Both the position numbers and the translations under genes were made by a program. Below are positions 1-12,535 of a stretch of DNA of 64,000 nt, one piece after another. Position 1 is the first letter of the stretch; each line of letters starts with the position of its first letter. The notes beneath the pieces were generated by a model. That model made no database searches, had not been told where the DNA came from, and was given only the letters and a program-made list of their open reading frames with translations. This DNA is from Squalus acanthias (taxonomy: Eukaryota), in assembly GCA_030390025.1 (NCBI GenBank), contig JASTWF010000362.1, positions 124,001-188,000 of the forward strand, read 5' to 3'.

Positions 1-59
1 GTGATTCCATGAAAGGCAAATGATGGGATAACAGATACAACTCCCCACACAACCAACAT

Positions 60-290
60 CCAAAACTTCTAGACGGAATGCTGTGTTCTACGAGTAATCT
101 CCCGCAAACAGCAGTTGACACGAGGTCAACTGTTAATTTTAAATCTGAGATTGATAGATTTCTGTTAACCAAAGGTATTAAGGAATATGGGGCAAAGGTG
201 GGTGTATGGAGTTAGGTCACAGATCAGCCATGATCTCATTGAATGGCGGAACAGGCTCGAGGGGCTGAATGGCCTGCTCCTGTTCCTATG
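60..290 (+). mobile_element. CR1 LINE 3' fragment
   Basis: Typical CR1 3' end (...gatcagccatgatctcattgaatggcggaacaggctcgaggggctgaatggcc...), same family as 6325-6670. Confidence 0.8.
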
Positions 291-426
291 TTCCTGTGTT
301 CCCTATGAACCTGTGTTCCCTATGAACCTGTGTTCCCTATGAACCTGTGTTCCTGTGTTCCCTATGTTCCTGTGTTCCCTATGTTCCTGTGTTCCCTATG
401 TTCCTATGTTCCCTATGTTCCTTATG
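281..426 (+). repeat. expanded CR1 3' tail tandem repeat (~17-18 nt, cctgtgttccctatgtt/aa)
   Basis: Direct tandem copies continuing the CR1 tail. Confidence 0.85.
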
Positions 427-1286
427 TCAGGCCAATGGTTCTTTTTAAGTTAATGCTTTTTTTTGCGAAGTGAAGGATTCCAGTTGTCGGGGAGGAGAGC
501 AAGTTCTCAACTCTTTCTGCCTGATATCAAGCGCTCGTTTGTTACATCAGAGGGTGGGGGTGAGGGTGCTTCCTCGGAGGGTGGGAGATGGGGTGTCGGA
601 AGGAAGGGCTGACTCTCGCCATCTATGTTACAGGTTGGCCCTGCCAACGCAAGGGGGTACGCCAATGCCGAGTCTTTTAGTTGAAGGTGCGGTGTGGGGA
701 GGGTACATCCCCGGAGCCCTCTGGATAGAAGTCCTCATCCCTGATACTTGAGCGCGTGATCCAAGCCAACACTCCCAGTGCCAGTGCTGAGGGAGGTGCC
801 GTCTTTCGGATGAGACGTTAAACCGAGGCCCCGTCTGCTCTCTCAGGTGGACGTAAAAGATCCCATGGCACTATTTCGAAGAAGAGCGGGGGCATTCTCC
901 CCAGTGTACCAGCTTCCTTAGAGTCGTGTCTTGCTTCTGGAAATGCCAACCCAAAAATAGGGATTCGCTTTTCAACCTTTGACTCTTGTTTTTTTTTCTC
1001 TCTCTGCTCACAGAATCATTGCAGAGGAAATGATGTAAAGGAACTGCCTGGATACTGCTCTGAAGAGAGTTGAAATAAATCCAGCCTTGTCTTCTATTAC
1101 TTGAAGTTATTCGACACCCACTGGTTTACACAATAACACAGAGATATGCATTGAAATGACCGGTAAAAAGAGGAGCAAAATCCGGGTTAGTCCGAACTAC
1201 ACTGGAACTAACTAAAAAAAATGAACTTTCTTTTTGACTAAAACAAACGGAAATTGTCACATTTTGGACACGACACATATATTGAC

Positions 1287-1668
1287 TGTAGAAGATTAAG
1301 GGGTGATTTAATCGAGGTGTTTAAGATGATTAAAGGATTTAGTTGGGTAGATAGGGAGAAACTATTTCCTCTGGTGGGGGGAGTCCAGAACAAGGGGGCG
1401 TAAACCTTAAAATTAGAGCCAGGCCGTTCAGGGGTGATGTCAGGAAGCACTTCTTCACACAGAGGGGAGTGGAAATCTGGAACTCTCTGCCCCAAAAGCT
1501 GGGGGTCAATTGAAAATTTCAAAACCGAGATGGATAGTTTTTGTTCAGTAAGGATATTAAGGGTTACGGAACCGAGGCCGGTAGATGGAGTTGAGGTACA
1601 GATCAGCCAGGATCTAACTGAATGCGGGACAGGCTCGAGGGGCTGAACGGCCTCCTCCTGTTCCTGTG
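1287..1668 (+). mobile_element. CR1 LINE 3' fragment
   Basis: RT C-terminal remnant (RLRGDLIEVFK.. REKLFPL) plus CR1 3' UTR. Confidence 0.8.
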
Positions 1669-2107
1669 TGAAAATTAATTGCCTCTTGTGGTTTCTGTTG
1701 TTCCATTTTCTCTGATGTCATCTGAAAAATGCCAAGGGTCTCTCCACTTGTGGTACAGTCCTTGGTTTTCAACAGGGGATGAGGACAATGTCCTGGATCT
1801 ACGGTCACTCTCTTGTTCAGAGAATAGAGATGAGGGGAATCTTAAAGAGTAGGTGGACAATAACCCAAAAAAGGGAAAGGAAAATTCTAATGGTGGGGGC
1901 GATTTTCGTCGTGCGACTGCCCCGGTTTTGGGTGGTAGCGAGATGGAAGAGGAAGGAAAATCCAACAGAACTCAGTTCTGCCAGATTCACGCTGAGCTAC
2001 GATCGCACTCGACATTCCAAGTCAGGCCCAGGGTAGGCACCGGCCACTGCCGCTGGAAGCAGGCAGGTGGTTCTAAGTCCCGTTCATCCTTCAACGCCTG
2101 TGCTCGC

Positions 2108-3120
2108 TGATGCTGACCTACATTGGCCCCTGGTGCAGCAACACCTCAATTTTAAAATACTCAAATCCCTCTCTCTGTAACCTCCTCCAGCCCTACAACT
2201 CTCCGAGATCGCCTCCTCCAGCCCCACAACTCTCCGAGATCGCCTCCTCCAGCCCTACAACTCTCCGAGATCGCCTCCTCCAGCCCCACAACTCTCCGAG
2301 ATCGCCTCCTCCAGCCCCACAACTCTCCGAGATCGCCTCCTCCAGCCCTACAACTCTCCGAGATCGCCTCCTCCAGCCCCACAACTCTCCGAGATCGCCT
2401 CCTCCAGCCCCACAACTCTCCGAGATCGCCTCCTCCAGCCCCACAACTCTCCGAGATCGCCTCCTCCAGCCCTACAACTCTCCGAGATCGCCCCCTCCAG
2501 CCCCACAACTCTCCGAGATCGCCTCCTCCAGCCCCACAACTCTCCGAGATCGCCCCCTCCAGCCCTACAACTCTCCGAGATCGCCTCCTCCAGCCCCACA
2601 ATTCTCCGAGATCGCCCCCTCCAGCCCTACAACTCTCCGAGATCGCCCCCTCCAGCCCCACAACTCTCCGAGATCGCCCCCTCCATACCTACAACTCTCC
2701 GAGATCGCCTCCTCCAGCCCTACAACTCTCCGAGATCGCCTCCTCCCGCCCTACAACTCTCCGAGATCGCCTCCTCCAGCCCCACAACTCTCCGAGATCG
2801 CCTCCTCCAGCCCTACAACTCTCCGAGATCGCTGCGTTTCTCCAATTCTGGCGCATTCCCAATTTCCATCGCTCCACCATTGGTGGCCGTGCCTTCAGCT
2901 GCCTGGGCCCTAAGCTCTGGAATTCCCTCCCTAAACCTCTCCGCCTCTCTCTCTCCTTTAAGACGCTTCTTAAAACCTACCTCTTTGACCAAGCTTTTGG
3001 TCACCTGCCCTAATATCTCCTTATGTGGCTCGGTGTCAAATTTTGTCTGATAATCGCTCCTGTGACACGCCCTGGGACGTTTTACTATGTTAAAGGTGCT
3101 ATATAAATGCAAGTTGTTGA
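2108..3120 (+). mobile_element. L2-clade LINE 3' fragment hosting a minisatellite
   Basis: LHW...STIGGRAFSCLGPKLWNSLP-coding remnant and tail ...ggtgctatataaatgcaagttgttg. Confidence 0.8.
2181..2831. repeat. 31-bp minisatellite, 21 copies
   Basis: Unit cctcctccagcccyacaactctccgagatcg, 651 nt = 21 units. Confidence 0.95.
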
Positions 3121-3504
3121 GTAACATATTCACGGAAGGGCTCTGCACTATTGTTGGCCTTGGGGAGCGTGCTGGATGCCAGATCTCCACAGTATCCCCA
3201 GTGAAACCTGGCGGGGGACAAGGCCTCTGGCCGAGATACAGTCCATGGAAGGGAAAGTCAGGAGAGAGGTATGACAGGCGGCTGATCCGATCTCACCAGC
3301 TTTACACTATTGCCAAAAGATAATAACCCCCAGTGAGTGTCAACGACCATAGAGGGCCATCACAGCCAGGTTCAAGCATCCTCACCCATCAGACACACTT
3401 ACTCATGTGGACCACTTTATAGCGATCTCAAGCAGGGACCTTGGCTGATTGTCCAAGGACACTGAAGGTAATGTTGTACCCCAACCACTGCTCCAGTTGA
3501 CATC

Positions 3505-3975
3505 AGAAAGAAAGAAATTCAATTTCTATAGCGCCTTTCACAACCTCAGGACGTCCCAACGCGCTTTACAGCCAATTAACACTTTCGAAGTGCAGTCACT
3601 GTTGTAATGTGGGAAACGCGGCAGCCAATTTGTGCACAGGAAGCTCCCACAAACAGCAATGTGATAATGACCAGATAATCTGTTTTTTAGTGATGTTGAT
3701 TGAGGGATAAATATTGGCCCCAGGACACCGGGGGGAACTCCCTTGCTCTTCTTTGAAATATTGTCGTGGGATCTTTCATGTCTAACTGAGAGAGCAGACG
3801 GGCCCTCAGTTTAACGCCTCACTCAAAAGACATCACCTCCGACAGTGCAGCGCTCCCTCAGTACTGGCACTGGGAGTGTCAGCCTAGATTTGTGTCTTCA
3901 AGTCTCTGGACTGGGACTAGGAACCCACAACCTTCTGACTCCAAGGAGCAAGAGTGCTAACCATTGAGCCACTCC
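3505..3975 (-). mobile_element. tRNA-derived DeuSINE (SacSINE1/AmnSINE1-like) with L2 tail
   Basis: A/B-box head, core gcactgtcggaggtg..ttaaaccgaggccc..aaagatccc, L2-type tail with (ttct)n end. Confidence 0.8.
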
Positions 3976-5114
3976 TGGTAGCCTGACACAGACCACAGAT
4001 CAAACCTGCACACCCTCCTGGTCTGTATGGCTCCGAGCCACACAGGGCCCCATGCTTTTATTAACCAAACCAGCTTGTGGGCAAGCTCTTCAGTGACGTG
4101 TGTTGATGTGGAATGATGCAAATGGGATGTCTGGAGATCATTTCACAGCTCGAATGTGTTAAATAACTGCAACGAAAATAAAGAGAACTAGCTGAAGTTA
4201 ATTATCAATGAATGTTCTGCACTCTGCAACGTGTTCCAAAATGCGTTTCAAAGTGAACCTTTAAAATAAATGAAATGTGACGGTGTTAATGATGCGTTAC
4301 AAAGAGCCTTCAATCACCGGACACCTGCAGGGCTAGTGATTTAAGGTGACTCCTGAATGGGAACACCCGCATTCTTTCCGTAGCACAGATTTGTCGCGCA
4401 AGTGAAGTACTACTGATCTGGGCAATAGAATCGTAGAAGTTTACAGCACAGAAGAAGGCCATTCGGCCCATTGTGTCTCCTTGGGGAGGTCATCTGAAGT
4501 TCAGAAAAACCAGAAGGAAATGGTTGGATTTTAATTTCCTTTTGCCTGCTTTGATTTCTGATTGTTCCGCTGTGATTTGTTGGTATTTTTTTTCTCCATA
4601 CAAAGTATGAGGTGATGGGTTGCATTTTTATATTTATTAACAGATTTTCCGTGACATTGTTCACAGTATGTCGGTTAATAAATACATTGCTTTATAAGGG
4701 TGTCCGGGTATTATTCTGCTGCTCAGACAAAGCTGGTCACAGAGAGCCGCAAAGTCTAACGGCTCCAAGTGAACACGGCCCTCAGGACACTCAATCTTTT
4801 AGTTGTTTTGGTGACTGCCATGTTTCAGGCTGCGGCTCCGCAGCACCCAGCCCTTCTTTAAAATGGTTTTCCATCCTGTGTGACATCTAGAGCTGACAGG
4901 AAAGTGTACTCGAAGCAGCACTTTGAATACACTAGCAGTAAATTCCCCATCATTGATTTGCAATTCCGGGTCCAAACTAGGCTGGTTTTACGCTGACAAG
5001 GATTATGTGGTGTCACAACTGGGGGATGAAAATTAAGAAAGCTTCTGGAGCGCATTAAAGAGGCATCTCAACCCATCAGCAACCTTTCCCATGGCTGGAA
5101 GGCCAAGGGATTCA

Positions 5115-5930
5115 GAAGAAAGACTTGCATTTCTATAGCGCCTTTCACAACCTCAGGACGTCCCAAAATGCTTTACAGCCAATGAAGTACTTTTTGAAGT
5201 GTAGTCCCTGTTGTAATGTAGGAAACGCGGCAGCCAATTTGTGCACAGCAAGCTCCCACAAACAGCAATGTGATAATGACCAGATAACCTGTTTTAGTGA
5301 TGTTGATTGAGGGATAAATATTGGCCAGGACATTGGGGATAACTCCCCTGCTCTTCTTCGAAATAGTGCCACGGGATCTTTTACATCCACCCGAGGGGGC
5401 AGACGGGGCCTCGGTTTAACGTCTCATCTAAAAGACGGCACCTCCGACAGTGCAGCACTCCCTCAGCACTGCACTGGAGTGTCAGCCTGGATTTTGTGCT
5501 CAATATCATGAGGGGTCTGGACAGAGTAGATAGAGAGAAACTGTTCCCATTGGCGGAAGGGCTGAGAACCAGAGGACACAGATTTAAGGTGACTGGCAGA
5601 AGAACCAAAGGAGACATGAGGAAAAACTTTTTTACGTTGCAAGTGGTTAGGATCTGGAATGCACTGATGAAAGGGCGATGGAGGCAGATTCAATCGTAGC
5701 TTTCAAAAGGGAATTGGATAAGTATCTGAAGGAAATTTTTTTGCAGGGCTACGGGGAAAGGGACTAGCTGAAAGCTCTTGCAGCGAGCCAGGCACGGGCT
5801 CGACGGGCCAAATGGCCTCCTTCTGTGCTGTAACCATTCTATGATTCGATGTCCCTGGAGTGGGATTTGAACCCACAATACTTCTGACTCAGAGGTGCGA
5901 GTGTTAGCCACTGAAGCACTGCTGACACAT
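5115..5930 (-). mobile_element. DeuSINE interrupted by a + strand CR1 3' fragment (~5503-5850)
   Basis: SINE body 5115-5502 resumes at ~5851 (gtccctggagtgggatttgaaccc). The intervening sequence encodes MRGLDRVDREKLFPLAEG. Confidence 0.8.
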
Positions 5931-6324
5931 GGCCACCAGGATGAAAGGAAAGGGACCGCTAGGCCCAGGCCTGACTCTGTAGATAAGTGACAGGGCAGCC
6001 CAGCACTGGGCCTCCTCTTTGACCACTGCTGAAGTTGAGTCCATGTCTTCAAGGAGGAGAAAATGCCACATCACTGAATGGCAGTGGGCAGAGGGCTGTG
6101 TTTCAGGACACTGCCGCTGCTGAACCCACGGAACAAAAAGGCCGTCTCGTTGCTGCTTGTATACTCTGGGTGCGAACTGCGGCTCAGTGGGAAGCACTCT
6201 TGCCTCTGAGTCAGACTGTCATGAATTCAAGTCCCCAAATTATTAAATTATATTAACAAAAAATATATTGCCTGCTGGTTTTTCTGACCATGAGGAGGAG
6301 CCAGGGATCTGCAAACAGGGGGAA

Positions 6325-6670
6325 CCGATAGGGTAGATAGAGAGAAACTATTTCCGCTGGTTGGGGAGTCTAGGACTAGGGGTCATAGTCTAAATGTTAG
6401 AGCCAGACCTTTCAGGAGTGAAATTAGGAAACACTTCTACACACAAAGGGTGGTAGAAGTTTGGAACTCTCTTCTGCAAACGGCAATTGATGCTAGATCA
6501 ATTGTTAATTTTAAATCTGAGATTGATAGCTTTCTGTTAACCAAAGGTATTAAGGGATATGGGGCAAAGGTGGGTATATGGAGTTAGGTCACAGATCAGT
6601 CATGATCTCATTGAATGGCGGAACAGGCTCAAGGGGCTGAATGGCCTCTTCCTGTTCCTATGTTCCTAAG
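6325..6670 (+). mobile_element. CR1 LINE 3' fragment
   Basis: REKLFPL..SRTRGH remnant and CR1 3' UTR. Confidence 0.8.
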
Positions 6671-6812
6671 CAGTGACCAATCTATAGAGAAACACTTGCC
6701 CTCTAACTTATCCTCTGGATGTGCCTCTTCACAGCGCAGCATTAGCAGCAGAATAATACATTGTGCATTACATGATATAATGCTCCTGTCCATATAAGGC
6801 AACTCATCCTAT

Positions 6813-7205
6813 CGGGGTACGGTGACGTTACGGGACTAATAATCCAGAGAACGCAAGTTCAAATCCCACCTCGGCAGTGTGAGAATTTGAATTCAGTTTA
6901 AAAATTCGGGAAATACAATCGGCTGGTCTCAGTAAACGTGACCACAAAACTGCCGGATTGTCGTTAAAAACCCAACTGGTTCACTGACAGCCCTTTAGGG
7001 AAGGAAACCTGCTGCCCTTACTCGATCTGGGCCTATATGTGACTCCAGTCCCGCACCAACGCGGTTAACTCTTAACTGCCCTCTGAAGTGGCCCAGCGAG
7101 CCACTCGGTTGAAGAAGGCCCACCACCACCTTCTCAAAGGGCAACTGGGGATGGGCAATACATGCCGGCCTTGCCCACATCCCCAGAATGAATAAGGGAA
7201 AAAAA
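6813..7205 (+). mobile_element. second tRNA-derived SINE family
   Basis: B box gttcaaatcc. The 3' tail ccaccaccaccttctcaaagggcaa..gggatgggcaata is shared with the LINE end at 56432-56570. Confidence 0.65.
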
Positions 7206-8807
7206 CAGTTTACTGGGAGAAGATAAAAGTTGGTGGATGATGCTTACTGGGACTTGGACTAATGGGATGAACATTTCTCTCTGTAACTTTGACTAACTCA
7301 TCAGCACTTGTTATTTTACCTAATGTACTACTAAATAGTTCAGGCTCACTTTGCTTTTAAAGAATTGAATGAAAGCAGGGCATCATTAAAATAAAGAGAT
7401 GATATTGATCAGATATTTCCTTCTCGAGGTTAATCCCAATAGCACCCACAGAAGGTCATGTAATAACTTTGAAACCCTGTATCATTTCAATATTTATGTC
7501 ACAGAATCAGCTTATGGGTCTAAGGTCGCACCTTGCTGTTAGTCATTAGTTTGTTGGTGTCTACTTGGCATTCTCGAACGTCTTGGGACACTTTACAAGG
7601 TTGAAGGCGCTATATAAATGCAAGTTGTTGTTGTTGTAGTTAATGGTTAATTTTAGCCCGACCTGATTCAGTGATTGGAGCGATGCGACTGCCACCTTAT
7701 TACTACAGTGTGACGGAGCAGGAATGAGGGCTACACTGAGAAAGTGACTTGTTTTGGGAACCAATATTAGTTGATGCGCGTCTTTAGAAATTCAATATTA
7801 TCGCCTTTTAAAGATTCATGCTTTCTCGAGGTTTAAACACCAACTAGTTGCTACAGTACAGAATTATAAATCCTTGTGAGGCACCGTTTGGACACCAGCC
7901 TTTCTTTTTACATCTCCCGCAACACCCCCCCCCCAAAAAAAAAACAGTATTCCTTCTCGAGTGTGACTGTTTTGTTCCCATTAAACATCGTTTGCCCGGC
8001 CTGAACACTGCCTCAGAAACAATCATTAACTCCCGGGGCAGCCGTTCCTTAGTAACGTCACAGTGTGAAGTGGTTAATGTGGGAAAAGTGCAGATGATCC
8101 CCAGCTGGTACGGAAGGACACGGGTTAGTTGCTGCCTGGCTCTGGGACCTCTCGCCAGGGCACGATCGCACAGACCAGCACGACCCCTGCCATTAATGCA
8201 AGACATCATCACTGCAAACAACCACACAGTGGTTGAAATGAAATAAATTTGACACAGTTTATTACACTTTAATGAATTATCTTCATAAGTCCAGCAGCGT
8301 AATTGGCTTTTCCTCGCGTAGTCCTGTAATTAAATTCTGAGCAACTAAGTGCCATAACTAAAGCAGTTAACTTTTTTCTCATTTATTTTTTCCACATTAC
8401 TGAATGGCAGCTTGTGATATTGGGACGAGACGGACACTGATTGGACTCTGCCCTGTGATGGAGGACCCCAATTAGTGATGGCGGTATTGGCCTGTGCTTT
8501 GCTCAGCGGCTGCCTCCACTTGGAAAATTCGCCATGGCGGAGAGAGTCCAGCTGTTAGACCCAGAAATGCAAGTCTTTCCTTCCTTTCATCCTTGCAGAA
8601 AGAATGACATCGAATGTACAGCACAGAAACAAGCCATTCGGCCCAACTGCTCTGCTACCTTAAGGGCGCTATATAAATGCAAGTTGTTGCCCAATTTTAA
8701 GTGGTGAGATTTTTAGGCTGGCTGTAATCAACATTTTTTTTTTCTGTTTAATGTAAGGATTTGCCCCAGGTTCTGATGGAGCTCAGATTGGGGAAACAGT
8801 ACAAGTA

Positions 8808-9205
8808 CAAAGAAAGACTTGCATTTCTCTAGCGCCTTTCACGACCACCGGACGTCCCAAAGCGCTTTACAGCCAATGAAGTACTTTTTGAAGTGGAGTC
8901 ACTGTTGTAATGTCGGAAAACACAGCAGCCAATTTGTGCACAGCAAGATCCCACAAACAGCAACATGATAATGACCAGATAATCTGTTTCAGTGATGTTG
9001 ATTGAGGGATAAATATTGGCCCCAGGACACCGAGGATAACTCCCCTGCTCTTCTTCGAATAGTGCCAGGAGAGGGCAGATGGAGCCTCGGTTTAAAGGCT
9101 CGTCTGAAAGACGGCACCTCCGACAGTGCAGCGCTCCCTCAGCACTGCGCTGAAATGTCAGCCTGGATTATGCGCTCAAGTCTCTTGAACCCACAACCGT
9201 CTGAC
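8808..9205 (-). mobile_element. DeuSINE
   Basis: Same consensus as 3505-3975. Confidence 0.8.
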
Positions 9206-9439
9206 ACCTCAATAACATTCACACTTACATTTGAACATCTGATCACAACCGAAGCTTTTCACAATGGCTTTGCCTCCTGCCAATTGTGGAAACATTGCCC
9301 CTCCTGAGTTCTGCTCTTCAGAGTTGACAGAATGATGTCCTTCACTGGAACACGATGGGCTCACTCAGCTCTCCTAAAGCAACGCCTCTTTAACGCTGAA
9401 CGGACACCCACACTGAATTTATTGGAAGAGTACTTCCCA

Positions 9440-9800
9440 ATTATGAAAGGGTTTTGATAGACGTAGAGAAGTTGCTTCCACCTGTGGGGGAGTCCAAAAC
9501 TAGGGGCCATAAAGATAAGATAGTCACTAATAAATCCAAAAGGGAATTCAGGAGAAACTTCTTTACCCAGAGAGTGGTGAGAATGTGGAACTCGCTGCCA
9601 CAGGAGTGGTTGGGTTGAGGCGGATAGTATAGATGCATTTAAGAGGAAGCTCGATAAACGCATGAGGGAGAAGGGAATAGAAGGATATGTTGATGGGGTG
9701 AGATGAAGAGGGGTGGGAGGAGGCTGGTGTGCTGCATAAAGACCGGCACGGACCAGTGGGGCCGAATGGCCTGTTTCTGTGCTGGAAATACGATGTAAAC
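9440..9800 (+). mobile_element. CR1 LINE 3' fragment
   Basis: MKGFDR..RRNFFTQRVVRMWNSLP remnant plus 3' UTR. Confidence 0.75.
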
Positions 9801-10604
9801 ACTTTGTCAAAGTGTCTCAGTGGGCTCCACACAGTGAATTACTTTTGGAGGGCGGTGACTGAGCAAAACAGTCATTATGCAAATCACTCTGATGCTTCTA
9901 TTTGTAACCGGTTGGTTAAAAACAGCTGCATTTATAGTGGAAACATTATTAATCATAAAATGGGAATTTTTTTGGTAGCTAATATTTGCCTAGAAATGAC
10001 TGTTGCTGATATTCGGTGACTGATAAAGGTTTGTTTTTCTTTCTGCAGATATCTTTCTCAGGTTCAGGGTCTCTGACTGTTCTTGTCGTGAGCCCGGGCT
10101 CTGTGTCTTTAGTGAGGTGTGTCTTCACCTGCCCAACATCTAGGTCACTTACAGGAAGCCCAGGGGTCAAACAGACAGCCCTCCTCACTGCTTTCTGGCT
10201 TATTGTTTATATCATGTGATCTTCATCAACTTCAGGAGCTGATGGAATAAAGTCTCCACGACATTGTGATGTAGATTTATTAACGGTCACGTCCACGGCA
10301 CTAAATTTCTGTGTGACCCGGAGCTGCTCAAGCTCCGTCAATATTGACCTTACAAGACACTTGAAACCAGGGCTTGAACCTACGACCTTCTGACCCAGAG
10401 GCGAGTGTGCTACCCACAGAGCCACGGCTGACATGTGCGGCACTGACAGTCACAGGGATATAAGTAAAAGCTCAGATATAAGTGGGGTTTAAGAGGGGCC
10501 GCCTCATCTCCTCAGTGTGGTACGCGCCAGTTGTACAGAATGGCCCAAGCAGGCGATAGCAACACTAACATTACTGCGTTGTAATGTAGCAACTTTCAAT
10601 CTGC

Positions 10605-11092
10605 GGTCCACAAGAGCTTGGTGTGGGGTCCACAAGAGCTTGGTGTGGGGTCCACAAGAGCTTGGTGTGGGGTCCACAAGAGCTTGGTGTGGGGTCCACA
10701 AGAGCTTGGTGTGGGGTCCACAAGAGCTTGGTGTGGGGTCCACAAGAGCTTGGTGTGGGGTCCACAGAGCTTGGTGTGGGGTCCACAAGAGCTTGGTGTG
10801 GGGTCCACAAGAGCTTGGTGTGGGGTCCACAAGAGCTTGGTGTGGGGTCCACAGAGCTTGGTGTGGGGTCCACAAGAGCTTGGTGTGGGGTCCACAAGAG
10901 CTTGGTGTGGGGTCCACAAGAGCTTGGTGTGGGGTCCACAAGAGCTTGGTGTGGGGTCCACAAGAGCTTGGTGTGGGGTCCACAAGAGCTTGGTGTGGGG
11001 TCCACAAGAGCTTGGTGTGGGGTCCACAGAGCTTGGTGTGGGGTCCACAAGAGCTTGGTGTGGGGTCTACAAGAGCTTGGTGTGGGGTCTGC
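10605..11092. repeat. 22-bp minisatellite, ~22 copies
   Basis: Unit cacaagagcttggtgtggggtc, with three 21-nt variant units. Confidence 0.95.
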
Positions 11093-12535
11093 AAGGTCAT
11101 AATGGGAAACATGGGTGATGTGGAGTGTTTTAAACCAACACTCGACACAAGGTTTTTAGATCGATAGTCAAGTTGTCTTTATTACACTGGTGGGGAGACA
11201 GTCTGCTCTGTCTTTAGCCAGACTTCTCCAAATTGTTACAGCACACACTACATTTTTATACATTCAAATAAGCATGGCAGCCTCATGCATAATTCATTCC
11301 TGCAACCTAATTGGATCTTGGCCCACATGCAGCTTCACGAATTGGGTTACATGTCCTAAGGTAAACATGTGTAAGCTGCATACTCAATTATTAGCCCAAA
11401 CTGCTGAACGCTGATTAAAAGACAACTTGGAAGCATTGTGACCCAGATAATAAAACCCTCAGGGCAGCTGAAGTGCCTAGACATCATGTCTCCACTGAGT
11501 TGTTTTTAGTCTCAAAGGTCAGGTTATCTTGACCACACCTTATGGATGTGGTCTTTCATGTTAGCAACTGTCTCTCTTACACCATTCTGTGAGCTGCCAG
11601 CGATGTTATTTTAACTCTTTCCCCACTTCAATGGGTTTCTGTCGGTGTTTTTGATAAAGTTATTCTCGGGATGTGAACATCGCTGGCAAGGTCAGCATTT
11701 ATTACCAATCCTTAGTTGCCCCTTCAACAGGCGGTGGTGGTGGGCTTTCTTCTTGAACCGCTGCAGTCCGTGTGGTGAAGGTGCTCCCACAGTGGGCCAT
11801 CCTGTAGATGAGACGTTAAACCGAGGTCCCTGTCTGCTCTCAGGTGGACGTGAACGATCCCACGGCCAGTATTTCGAAGAAGAGCAGGTGTCCTGGGGCC
11901 AATATTTATCCCTCAACCAACATCACTAAAACAGATTATCTGGGTCATTATCACATTTGTGGGAGCTTGCTGTGCCCATATTAGCTACCGCCTTTCCTGC
12001 ATTACAACAGTGACTACACTTCAAAATGTACTTCATTGGCTGTGAAGTCCTGAGGTTGTGAAAGGCGCTATGTAAATGCAAGCCCTTCTTTCTTCTTTTC
12101 TTTATATCATGAGACTTCAGGCACAAGCCTCGTGACGCACTCCTGCTGTTCATACCACAAGGTGGTGCTTTCGCGCTGGTGTAAACTGCATTCGGCACCG
12201 TTCTCAGACATTTATCCAGCTCGTGGGAGGGGGTGAGAGCAAGAAGGGCTCAATTCCAAGTCACTTTATCTCATTAGAAGTAGGTAATGGTTTTTTCATA
12301 CTTCCAGTTAATTAAACATTACCTCACAAGCGAAGATCTGCCATGACTGGGATTATTTTATACCGGCAATCTTGTGAGGTCTTCTGTATTCTCTTTCAGA
12401 ATTGTATGCCTGTGAGAGACACGGGGGCGATTTCAACCCCCCTCGCTCAGCAGAAACCTGGCGGGCGGGTGGTTAAAATCGCCCTGGCTCTTACCTGTCC
12501 GAAAGCCGCCATGATCGCAACATCTGCAATTTTAA

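Noticed and set aside
2110..2913. 267-aa Pro/Ser-rich ORF and overlapping antisense ORFs
   Set aside because: They are translations of the 31-bp minisatellite inside an L2 fragment, with no splice or protein-family support.
8531..8575. Perfect Kozak gccATGGcg (MAERVQLLDPEMQ) near a reverse CCAAT
   Set aside because: There is no convincing donor site, downstream exon or recognisable homology.
10504..11167. Six overlapping 150-216-aa ORFs and a CRISPR-like look (short palindromic repeat)
   Set aside because: The repeats are contiguous with no unique spacers, there are no cas genes, and the context is vertebrate. The ORFs arise because the unit lacks stop codons.
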